64,000 bases of DNA from Octopus sinensis (Eukaryota): positions 108,252,001 to 108,316,000 of the forward strand of contig NC_042998.1 in the NCBI RefSeq assembly GCF_006345805.1, given 5' to 3'. Every line of letters starts with the position of its first letter. Position 1 is the stretch's first letter. The translations under genes were made by a program, and so were the position numbers. Positions 1-10,813 of the stretch are shown here, piece after piece. The notes beneath the pieces were generated by a model. That model worked only from the letters and a program-made list of their open reading frames with translations, did not search any database and was not told the DNA's origin.

Positions 1-419
1 ACAACAAATATTCTGCTCATCACAAATTTGCTTGTCAGTTGCTTGACCATAACCAGCTGAGCATGTCCCTTAGTGGCTGACATTAAGTACCTCTCTAATC
101 ATGAGCAGAAGTAGTGGGAGAGCATCATAGCCATGTGTTGAGAGGAATTCTTTGCGGTTTGAATAATTTACCTCTGGAAACATGGGTGTTTCGTTCAACA
201 TCCTTAAACAACCCTTATTCAGGGATCTTTTGATCGGGGTGGGTTACTCGACCTGGAGAAAATTCTAACTGGGCTCCACCTGCAAGGTGATGTGCTGTTT
301 ATCTTGATATGAGATTACCATGTCGCTCACATATGGTTGTGATGCATGTGCCTGGCGTACCCTTATCAGACGGGTAGTCATGATGAGTATACGGGGCTTC
401 GTATATTTTACCCCAATCC

Positions 420-772
420 AAATTCTTACAAGGTGGCATGGCCAAGTGGAACACACTTTCTCTAAACCATAGTAATGGAATGAGCCAATCCAACAACCAC
501 AACATCAAACGTGGCATTTTTCAAGGTAGCTCCCTCTCCCCGTTACTCTTTTGCATGGCACTGATCTCACTCTCAAACGAACTGAATAACACCAAGTGTA
601 GGTACAAAATTTATGACACTATAATAATTTATAACACTATAATAAACTATCTGTTTTATATGGACGATCTGAAGCCGTTTGCTAGAAATGACCGAGAGTT
701 AGTAGGGCTGCTAATAATAGCTAAAGAGTTTAGCAATGACATCGGGGTGGATTTTGGCCTCGATAAGGGATG
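420..772 (+). mobile_element. R4/Dong-type non-LTR retrotransposon RT fragment (family A)
   Basis: ORF 438-833 reads IKRGIFQGSSLSPLLFC...LFYMDDLK...FSNDIGVDFGLDK, the late RT motifs typical of RLE-class (R4/Dong-like) elements; it breaks off at FGLDK. Confidence 0.8.
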
Positions 773-1358
773 TAGGAAGAAATCAAGAGGAACTGCCGAG
801 CTGCTATATATATATATATATATATATATATAGCCAGCATAATAAATGTGCTAGGAGTAAGGAGGAAGAATTTAGCTGTTGTATGGATAGAGTATATGAA
901 GGCCTAGGACTGTGTCCCGCACAGCTGGCTCTTCGAATGTCTGAGGACACTCGGAATCAATGAGATGGTAAGAAACTTTTTGGAGAAAGCAATGAGAGAA
1001 TAGAAAATGGAACTGATGTGCAAATGAATCGATAGGAAACATGCAAATATGCCGGGGCATTTTCCATGGAGACTCGCTTTCTTCGTCACTCTTTGCTATT
1101 GCGCTAATCCCTCTGACAAATATACTAAGAAAATCCAGGCCAGCCTATGCGTTTACCAAAACCAAGATGAATCACTAACTTTATATGGACGACATTAAGA
1201 TAAATACAGAAAAATACAAAAAAAAAAAAAAAAAAGGCAGACCTGGATTCTCTAATGTAAACAATAAGAATATTTAGTAAAGATACTGAAATGCAGTTTG
1301 CGGTAGATAAATACGCAGTACCATGTGCAGAGACCGAGATGTATATTCTCATGGTATA

Positions 1359-2649
1359 CGAGGGGCGTTCAATAAGTAATGCCCCTGACCCACTTCCCAT
1401 AGCAGTAGAGCAACGAAACTTGGCACAGTTATTAGTCTTTTTCTACATACGAACCACCCAGAGTTACGCATTTCTCCCATCGTTTGATGCAGCTCTGAAG
1501 ACCGTTTTTGTAGAAGACCCCAGCTTGGTCCTCCAACCACGACGTGACTTCAGAAATCAAGGCTGCATCATCTGGGAAACGCTTTCCTTTCAAAAACAAC
1601 TTCATGGCTGGGAAGAGGTGAAAATCAGAGGGTGCAGGTCAGGAGAGTAGGGAGAATGGGGGATGAGTTCATAGCCGCACGCCTGTGCTTCTGATCTGGC
1701 GACACGCGAGTTGTGGATCGGAGCGTTGTCCTGCAGGAGGAGGATGCCTTTGCTGATCTTGCCCCACCTCTTGATTTTGATAGCTTCTCTTAATTTCCTC
1801 AAAAGTGAAGCATAATAGACTCCTGTAATTGTGGTACCCTTTGCCAAGAAATCTGTCATCACTACTCCGTCCTGGTCCCAGAAGACTGTGAGCATGACCT
1901 TGCCAGCGGAGGGCTGCACCCTTGCCTTCTTTGGAGGAGGTGAGTCACGGTGCTTCCACTGCATTGACTGGGCTTTGGTCTCTGGATCATAGTGATGGAC
2001 CCAGATTTCATCCTGTGTAATCAGTCTTTTGAAAAATTTTGACTCATCTTCTTGGCACATCTTCAAATTCATCCTCGCGCTATCGACGCGTTCTTGCTTC
2101 TGGAAAGGTGTGAGCAGCCTGGGAATCCATCTGGCAGACACCTTTTGCATATGCAAATGGTCATAAATGATAGTTTCCACAGACCCGGTACTAATCTTGA
2201 CCTCATGGGCTATTTGGCGAATAGTTATGCGTCGATCTTCCAAAATGGCAGCCTCAACTTGACGGATAGATGCCTCATCAATGGCAGAAGGAGGCGACCA
2301 GATCTGGGAGCTGTTTCCACAAAGTTCCGACCATGTTTGAATTCACGATGCCAGCGTTTTACAAGGTCATATGATGGGGCATCATCACCATAAGTTACTT
2401 TTATTTCATCAAAAGTCTCCCGTGGTGTGCGTCCTTTCAAATACAAAAACCGCATCACTGCTCGACATTCAACAGGCTCCGTTTCACACTTGACTCAGTT
2501 CAAACACCTGTAAATCAGAAACCACAATTAGTTCAGAGCTGTAATTTGCCACTTAATATATAGAGATATAGGTAATTGCACATGCAACATTTCAGCTAGA
2601 TCAAACAAATGCAAGTGCGTCAGAGGCATTACTTATTGAACGTCCCTCG
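1359..2649 (-). mobile_element. Full-length mariner DNA transposon (1291 bp)
   Basis: 31-bp TIRs CGAGGGGCGTTCAATAAGTAATGCCCCTGAC (1359-1389) and inverse at 2619-2649 with 2 mismatches; TA TSD at 1357-1358 and 2650-2651. Confidence 0.97.
1432..2482 (-). pseudogene. Mariner DD34D transposase pseudogene
   Basis: HTH (PSYDLVKRWHREFK, PRSGR), WIPRLL, TQDEIW, LQDNAP and YSPDL motifs. Start codon reads ACG at 2482-2480; frameshifts near 2297 and near 1633; stop TAA at 1434-1432. Confidence 0.93.
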
Positions 2650-3924
2650 TATACTTACCACAAGGCAACGTCATAAAATCACTGTGGAATAATGAATACA
2701 AATATCCAGATGTGCTGCAAGACTATAGGGGAATGGATGGGGAAATGGGAAAGTCACTAAAGATCACAAGAGGAGAATTTGGAAGGTGTTCGAAACAAAA
2801 TTAAATGGAGGGAACATCATTAAAGCCATAAAGACATAGGCATGCCAGTATTTCTGAAATAGACAAAGGTTGACCTACAGAACTTGGATAGAAGACCTAG
2901 AAAGCTGCTCACACTGCATAATGCACTCCACCCTAAAAGTAATACCGACTGACTCAAGCTACCAAAAAAAAAAAAAAGGAAGGTGGTAGATGATTACTAA
3001 ACGCAGGAGACACTGTTGGAAATGCGATATTGGGTCTGAAAAATTGTGTTGTACTGAGTAAAGAAAGAATACTTTTGGAAGCCAGAAATACCCAAATAAT
3101 GACTGGAACAGTAGGAGAATTCAAAAAGGAAAAGAAGCACAACAGAATGAAGAAATGGAAAGAAGAAATGGCCAATTCACGCAACAAACTGGAAGTGAAG
3201 CTCACTGGCTTTGTTTGGCGAACGGTAACTTGAAACGAGAAACAGAAACGTTAATTATTGTCGCTCAGGAGGAAGCCCTAGAACAAATCTGATAAAAGCG
3301 AAGACCGACAAAAATCAGTCAGACGGCAAATGTAAAATCTGCAAGAAAGGCGAGTGTATCAATCACATTTTGAGTGAATGCAGTATACTAGCATAAAAGG
3401 AATACAAGCTCGGACATGACTGAGTGGGCAAAAGATTTGTCGTCTTCAAAACAATGGAAAGGTTGCATGAACAAGAACCAGTGACTGATAGAAAATGAAA
3501 CTTACAAGACCTTGTGGGGTTTCGCCATAAAGACTGACCATACTATTGAGACAAGAAGACCAGACGTAATTATAGAGGACAAAATAAGCAAACGGTGCAA
3601 CATCATAGATTTTGCAATTCCCTATAATAGCAGAGTCGATACCAAAGAAATAGAAAAAAATTGAGAAATACCAGAGTCCTGAAAGAGAGCTGAAGAGACT
3701 GTAGAAGACCAAGACAACAATTATTTCTGTAGTAACTGGTGCACTTGGCAAAACACCCAAAATGCAACCCAAAAGACCGAAAGAAATGGGAATTGAAACT
3801 CGCATTGTCGACTTGCAGAAAAATTCTTTCCTATATTCTGCAAGAATCTTAAGAACCTTCTCAATAAATTAGCATGCACTAGCGCATTAATAATAATGAT
3901 GATGACGACGACGACGACGACGGC

Positions 3925-3956
<32 letters not shown>

Positions 3957-4438
3957 CAATAATAATAATAATAATAATAATAATCTCGAATAAGATAATG
4001 TTCGAACTATTTTTGAATTCATTTTGTGGTAATAATAAAAGTAAAATTCCAATTACAATTTCCCTGTTAATTGATCTCATTAATATAATATTGCATTCCT
4101 AAGTAAGATCTATAAATCTGGATTTTTTTTTAAGTCGAAAATATAGGAAATGAGTTTGTGAATGTATGCCGGCGGTCACAGAGTGGTCAAAATTGAAGGC
4201 GATGGCAAACAGAAGCACGCATAGAACGGTTAATATACGTACTTCTCTATCTTGATAAGTGTAAAAACATAATATATGAATTGAACGAAATCAAGAAAAA
4301 AAAAAGCTTAAAAATTAGATGAGACTTTTCTTGTGTATTTGAAGTCACGTAACAATCGATAAAGAACTGCCTAAAAGACGGAAAAACCAAGAGACTGAGG
4401 TGATTCAACATTCTACCTTTTCTCTATATTTCTAGAAT

Positions 4439-4743
4439 GGTTGTATACTGTCAATCTAACACGAACGTGACAGTAGGGGGGTACACCACCGCTGTTTAGC
4501 CCTAGGAAGCATCGACGCCTCCTGATGGCTTTGACACATTTTTCCTGTGTCCTTATATACATTTACGAAGGGGAGACAAATACCCCCAGCCGCCCGGGCT
4601 GCATCTAGGGACACGTGTTTCAGGATGATTGTCCTTCGTCGGCCTAGAGTAGCAGACACCGGTCAGCTGACGACATTTGTCTCGACTCGTAATGTATATA
4701 TCTAAATTTCAGTGCCATCAGGAGGCGTCGATGCTTCCTGGGA
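4439..4743. mobile_element. Diverged fold-back/MITE-like element with truncated right arm
   Basis: Perfect 26-bp inverted repeat 4504-4529 vs 4714-4739, plus a second inner symmetric block (TATATACATT..GAGACAAAT). The left arm aligns by eye with the left arm of the 10811-11146 fold-back. Confidence 0.6.
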
Positions 4744-4935
4744 ACAGTGTGCAAAAGTCTCGAGAAGTACATGGAACAAATAGGGGCTGCAATAAAGGTG
4801 GAGCACTTGCAGAAAACAGTACTGCTTGGAATAGCTCGAATACTCCGGAAGGTGCTCGAAAAATAATTGACACTGTAGTACATCTCCAGCGTTAGAAGCT
4901 GTGCAAGGCAATAATAATAATAATGATGATAATGA
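4738..4935 (+). mobile_element. Extreme 3' end of an R4/Dong-type element with (AAT)n tail
   Basis: Reads LGTVCKSLEKYMEQIGAAIKVEHLQKTVLLGIARILRKVLEK* (stop 4864-4866), the C-terminal pattern of RLE ORFs, followed by AATAATAAT. Confidence 0.75.
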
Positions 4936-5225
4936 TTTCATTTATTTGCCACCAGGGCAGAGGATAAACGAGACAATTCAAAGACAAGCACAAAGCGTGG
5001 GGGTTTTCATAAAATGAAATGATAAAATAAATAAAAAACAAAAATTTGGGGTAAGTGTACAGGGTATACAATGAAAACGAAGGGAACTATACATAGTACA
5101 CAGAGGTGAAAAAGAAGTGAGTGATTGTGATGTAATTCTATTGATAGAGGAAAACCTCTACGGATAATCAAGGAACCCCACCGCCCAAGATCTCCATGAG
5201 CACGAAAAGAAGGAAAAGAGCAACA
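4936..5225 (-). mobile_element. 3' UTR fragment of a Tx1-like LINE
   Basis: Minus strand ends GTTTATCCTCTGCCCTGGTGGCAAATAAATGAAAT + (ATT)n, similar to the 3' terminus of the full-length Tx1 at 37221. Confidence 0.5.
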
Positions 5226-5939
5226 ACAACAACAAAGGATAATAATAGCAATGATAATGACAATGTTCTTAACACACAAATAACATTGATAGCGGCAGCA
5301 ACAACAACAGTAACAACAACAACAGCAGTAACGATAGCAATAATAACAACAGCAGCAGCAACAATAGTAACAACAATCACAGCAGCAGCTGCAATAACAA
5401 GAATAACGGTGACGAAGTGGTCGGGGCGACTTTACAGGCAGACGATGTTTTACTGGAATGGTTGAGAAATGAACACAATTCTTCTGGTTCACTCTAAACG
5501 ACAAAGAAGTAAATTGTGAAGATGGCACAAGCGAAATAAATTGCGAAGTTGAATAAGGAGAGCACAAGTTGACCTCCCAGCCGAGGTTTTGGCAGCAATT
5601 GCCTGGAAGACACTGGTGTATCGCTGTGTGTCGGCTAAATCCTGACGTCTAGAAGCCGTGACATACGCCCAGGTGGAAAAAAAGCCTTCAAAGAAATATG
5701 GGTGGATATAGATAATCTGACCAGAATCAGACAGTTCAGGAGCGTGGAGGTACTCGCCAACAGCGAAAGTCTCGCATTGAAACACTTCCTAATTTCCATA
5801 CGCGACCGGGAACTCACCCTCTACTAGACATATTTAGGGAGAAAGACCTGTGACATTTAGATAGTTACACCAAGTTTGGATAACTGGTGGTATTTGGCAT
5901 GTATTACATTGGATGGCAGTGACATCCTCTTCGAAGTGA

Positions 5940-6443
5940 AATAAACGTAGAGCTGGAGAACCTGCATACTCCCAAGTATAGCACGTGCTTCCTAAAGCTA
6001 CCACATTTTGACTACAGAACTACTGCAGCGATACAACATGTAGTCCGCAGGGAAGAACTCGACATACAGATAGTGCACATCGGCCGTTCCCTGAGAAAGT
6101 CTGTCCAAGAACAACACCTCTCACTACTCTGAGGAGTGCACATTGTCGAACTGCTTCATCAATGACCTTGCATTGTACCAGAGGACCTATGTCGTATATA
6201 TGCTCATCTGTGGAAAATGTGGCGCATCCTACATCGGACGCACGACATGAAAACTGCATGTACACATTAAGGAACAAATGCAGGCAGATACTTCCGTGAA
6301 GAAACATCTACGGAAATGCCAGACCCGGGAGTTCACAGTGCACATCAAGGCAACACAGCGGAACAGGGGGCAACCTTAGAATCTCTGAGGCTATCGTCAC
6401 ACACCAAAAGAAACCCAAGATCAATAATAGAAGGGACTTATAG
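5940..6443 (+). mobile_element. Penelope-like element remnant (linker + GIY-YIG endonuclease)
   Basis: Frame from 6191 reads VVYMLICGKCGASYIGRTT*KLHVHIKE...ISEAIV...PKINNRRDL*; the upstream frame reads CFLKLPHFDYRTTAAIQHVVRREELDI. Sequence from ~5410 may belong to the same element, but no RT core is visible. Confidence 0.8.
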
Positions 6444-6717
6444 GAAGCTAGCTGGTTGCTATAGCAACGACCTTCTGCACATGTCCACTCCACACACGCA
6501 CATCGGCAACATTCGTCAATTTCTTGAAATATTGAATTCGAGGTAAGTCTGCATTAATTCACATATTTGGTTTCTTGTGATTTACCTTGCATTTACTTCG
6601 CATTGTTTTGGCCTTTCCCACGATCTTTTATACAGTATATTTATATACTTTATATGTATGCATGAATGTATATGTACATCATATATGTCGCGTGCTAATA
6701 ATTCTGTATTTTTTATC

Positions 6718-7945
6718 TGTTTCAGTCATTTGACTGCTGCCATGCTGGGGCACCGCCTTTAGTCGAGCAAATCAACCCCAGGACTTATTGTTTGTAAGCT
6801 TAGTACTTATTCTATCGGTCTATTTTGCCGAACCGCTAAGTTACGGGGACGTAAACACATCAGTAAACACACACACACATACACACACACACACATATAT
6901 GTACGACACGATTCTTTCAGATTCCGTCTATCAAATTCACTTACAAGGCTTTGGCCGGCCCGAGGCTATAGTAGAAGACACTTGCCCAAGGTGCCACGCA
7001 GTGGGAATGAACCCGAAACCATGTGGCTGGTAAGCAAGCTACTTTTGTTCATCACATAGAAATGAAATTACGGGCTAGACGTAGACATAATGATATGAAT
7101 GACAAACGAAATTATGATAAATGAGGGCAACAAGCAATGCCTGCTGATTGCTGTTTACTCGAGAACATTGTTCTTTTTAAGTTTCATACTCGAGGCAAAA
7201 AACCTCTTACATTTTTTACAATATAAAAATCCCTTAACGAGGCAGCAAACCTCTTACATTTTTCACAGTTTTATTCAAAAATCATTAACCTCTTACATTT
7301 TTTACAATACACAAACCATTTATGAGGCAATAAACCTCTTACACAACTCAATACAATAAAAATACAATAGCAATGAGGCACTAAATCTCTTACTTTTATT
7401 GTCAGTTATAACCCTTCCAGGTTCCTCGCTTTAGTCAAACACCTAGACGGTGCCAAGTCGGGCTGTTTTAACACAAATCTAAAAGTGTCCTCTGGGAAGG
7501 AGTTCACTATCCTGCACAGATCGGTTGCCCATATGACATCCGCAGCCACCTGCGAAGGGCAATCAGGGTCCTCTGTGCAGGACAGAAACCCCTCCCTTCG
7601 GCCTTTCTTTTTAAACTCCATAATGAAGCTTTCTAATATCTCTCCCTTATGGAAGAGGAGCACAAATTCCTCCTCCACATCATGGGAGGGGTCTACAGTT
7701 TCCATCTTCGGTGGCACAACTCCCACCGAAGGTGCTTCGGGACACACCGGTAGTGTATCACAAACCACCGGCAATGTTCCGTTTTTCTATTTCTTCTTTT
7801 TTTTCCTCCTTGAGCCATGGGAGGGTGGAGTTCTTCCACTTTATCCAAAAGGTCTTCCCTCCCTTCCGCAGCCTTCGGATTCTTCTTTTTCTCTCTTTTT
7901 CGAGGTTGGTAAGCAAGCTACTCACCACATAGCTACTCCTGTGTA
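6718..7945 (-). mobile_element. tRNA-derived SINE (family A), split by an 863-bp insertion
   Basis: Minus-strand head CAGGAGTAGCTATGTGGTG...GGGTTCATTCCC (A/B-box-like) then CACCTTGGGCAAGTG. The tail matches + strand copies at 8945-9062 and 52815-52870; the head matches 25290-25432. Confidence 0.75.
7044..7906 (-). mobile_element. 5'-truncated retroposed insertion with 16-bp TSD; partial ORF plus ~360-bp 3' UTR
   Basis: TGGTAAGCAAGCTACT occurs at 7028-7043 and 7907-7922; ORF 7774-7406 lies inside; only a short A run at the 3' end. Confidence 0.75.
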
Positions 7946-8664
7946 TTACTTGCTAGATTTGTATAATTTGTTTCCTGAGTAGCTAATATCATTTAAATTG
8001 CTTGCACAGAAATCGTGCATTAACTGTGAATATTCGAATGGTGAGATGTATATATTTCCATATACATACAGATCACATCTATATACATAGGTACAAAGCA
8101 CGCAAAAGTATGCACAGACCCATTCCTTGTGGTGTCTCTTTCTTTCTCTCCTTTCTTCTAATTAATATATACGTATCGAGATATGTTATATCTATTTTCG
8201 TAGTTTCCACGTGCTCAGTAGATATTTGCATATAAATTATAGAAAGACAGTTCTTGAAAACACGATGTTCTTCCTTAGAAATAACCACTAAACCGTTAAC
8301 TTTAGTCAGCTGTCATTATCATACATTTAGTTGTGGATCTCCGTCGTTCGGCTGTGAAAATTCAGTTGTTTAATAAATGCAATAAACTATTCTGGAATTA
8401 ATGTGTGCCCTTGGCGCACAGAATCAGCGTGGTGCAATGATTGTGTAAAACAAGGCTTTTGGATTGCTGGTAGAAAACGAGCTACTATATAATTTCAGTC
8501 TACTCAGCTAAATTCATAAAATATAGGTCAACTTGAAGCTATGGGTTTATGACATTTGCTCAATAAGTCGCATAGTGAAATCGAATTTGGCCTTGTAATT
8601 GTGGAAAGAAATTTTTAACCATTTTGCCATACTGCACCACCACCACCACACATATACACACGCA

Positions 8665-8716
<52 letters not shown>

Positions 8717-8944
8717 TCACACACGCACACACACACATATATCAGCATATTATGTTTTACGAAGTTCTGAGGAATCATCATCACCATATGCTACAAAAGA
8801 AACCCTATGTAGTATGTGGGAATTAATCGACAGGTGCCGACATGGCTACAACCTGTAACAAGATGATTACATTGGTTAACGATGAAACGATTGTAAACGA
8901 TGTATTAAGAAGATTTACTGTATCGTTCGATATAGAAAACGATA

Positions 8945-9062
8945 GAATAAGTACTAGACTTACAAAGAATAAGTCCTCGGATTCGATTTGTTCGACTAAA
9001 GACGATGGTCCTGCATGGCCACAGTCAAATGACTGAAACAAGTAAAAGAATAAAAGAAAGAA
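8945..9062 (+). mobile_element. SINE family A 3' fragment
   Basis: Ends GCATGGCCACAGTCAAATGACTGAAACAAGTAAAAGAATAAAAG, the reverse complement of 6718-6760. Confidence 0.7.
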
Positions 9063-9639
9063 TATATATACGAGCAAAACGCTCCCCCCTCCACCAATGG
9101 ACGGTGCTGAGGTGTCAAACATTTAAACCAAATTTTCTCAAAACAACTTATCCGATCGTCCCATAGGCCTCCCCTTTGAGAAACACCGATTTAACCTAAA
9201 TTTGAGATACACAAAAATGTGCAACCGAAGAGTTTAAAGTACCAGTAATGATAAGGCTGTTGACTGGTAGAACACAAACATGGTTTAAACAGTAAGCTTA
9301 GCAGGAAAGAAACGTGCCTTTAAGCTGTACAAAAGCAACAAAAAATGGAGGGTGGAGTTATGTATAGGTTGATGGAAGAAAAGCAGGACAAAAACGATGC
9401 ATGCACATGGGTTGGCTGGAAGTAAATCTAGATGGAAAAGCATGATGAATTTATGAGAACGTACCTGGGACAATAATAAGTTTATCCGATAAATCATGTA
9501 GGAAATCAACTTGGGGCGATTTTTGATGAAAAGCAACAACCTAGGGAACTAAGTATCAGATTTTAAGCTAACTTACTTTACGGGATGTTCAAGGACATGG
9601 AAAAGCTAGTGGAGAGCAGCCTTGTAAAACACATTCCTG

Positions 9640-9830
9640 ATGTAGTTGCGCGTACAAATGCACGTTCCCACGGCTTTATCGATCGCATTCTCAGCTGGAA
9701 TCGATTTTTGCAATTTTTTCAAGACTTATACAAGCCCTGATACCGTCGATATCTACATATCAGATTTGAGCGCAATCGGATGGCGGATGCCCGAGATCCT
9801 AGAAGACAGACAGACAGACAGACAGAACGG

Positions 9831-9835
<5 letters not shown>
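9640..9835 (-). mobile_element. Helitron/DINE-like non-autonomous element (tentative)
   Basis: Minus strand begins in (TA)n, then (GTCT)n and CCGATTGCGCTCAAATCTGATATG, and ends with a small hairpin CGTGC-ATTT-GTACG followed by CTAC (CTAG expected). Confidence 0.4.
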
Positions 9836-9904
<69 letters not shown>

Positions 9905-9906
<2 letters not shown>

Positions 9907-10420
9907 CACGAGAGGGTACACAAAAGGAACTGGAAATTTGCAATAGTTTTACATGTTTATACTTTTTTCACCTTCAACATATTCGCCATTTGAAGCAAAG
10001 TATCGGTTCCGATGCGTTTTCCACTGTTGGAATCAGTCCTGGAACTGTTGCGAAGTGATGCCTTTTAACGCCTCCGCCGTTTTTTTTTTTCCACTTCTTC
10101 CGCATCTGCAAAACGTTTTCCTCTTAGAAAAAAGTTGCAGGGAACAAGATCGGGCGAATAGGGAAGTGGGTAAGCAAGGTCATGCTATTTTTGGCAAAAA
10201 TTTCTCTCACTCGAGGCGGTGTGCGAAGGCACATTGTCCTGATGAAAGCACCATTCTCCAATTTACTTCAGGACTGCCAATTAAAATGTCTGGTTAACAG
10301 TTTGACCGGGGAGAACACATTCTGTGTGGACAATTACTTTCGCATCGATGAAACAAATCAGCACCGTCTTGACATTGGACTTCACTTGGCGCGCTTTTTG
10401 GGGGCGTGGTGACTTTGAAT
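9905..10420 (-). mobile_element. Mariner 3' fragment (second family)
   Basis: Minus-strand PKKARQVKSNVKTVLICF...PGQTVNQ, HQDN and PYSPDL motifs; TIR-like ACGAGAGGGTACACAAAAGG at the left end. Confidence 0.85.
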
Positions 10421-10732
10421 GCTTACAATGACTTGATTGCTGCTTCGTTTCAATAAGTAGTTGGGAATTTCTATGACATACTGTTTAATGTCAAGAAAAT
10501 TGCCACATTCATACTATTTTCTTGACATTAAACAACATGTTTTGGAAATTCCCAAATACTTATTGGTTTGACAGAAACATATGTGTAGGTTCCTCTTACA
10601 TTTTTCTTAACATTTTTGAGCTCTCAACTTCCAATTTATTTGTAATGTCTTTAAAAAACGTCATCTTTCTACAACATGCAAATAAATCAGTAATTACAGT
10701 ATATCCAGTTATTCTCCATTTCCTTCTCCTTC

Positions 10733-10767
<35 letters not shown>

Positions 10768-10772
10768 ATATA

Positions 10773-10810
<38 letters not shown>

Positions 10811-10813
<3 letters not shown>

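Larger units (their letters stand above)
773..3883 (+). mobile_element. 5'-truncated R4/Dong-type RLE retrotransposon (family B), degraded, split by a mariner at 1359-2649
   Basis: Frameshifted or stopped motifs in order: GCRKKSRGT, WIEYMKA*DCVPHSW, RGIFHGDSLS, YMDDIK, then after the mariner KLNGGNIIKAI, LHPKSN, a zinc-knuckle remnant (KCKIC...HILSEC), RRPDV...IIDFAIP (PD-D/E RLE nuclease) and GALG. Ends in an (AAT/GAT/GAC)n tract at ~3888-3985. Confidence 0.85.

Noticed and set aside
1-417. Repeat-like sequence at the window start
   Set aside because: It looks like an interspersed repeat, but there is no second copy, ORF or terminal signature in the window to support a classification.
7485-7982. 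165-aa + strand ORF
   Set aside because: Antisense shadow of the insert's minus-strand ORF; it runs across the TSD into the SINE.
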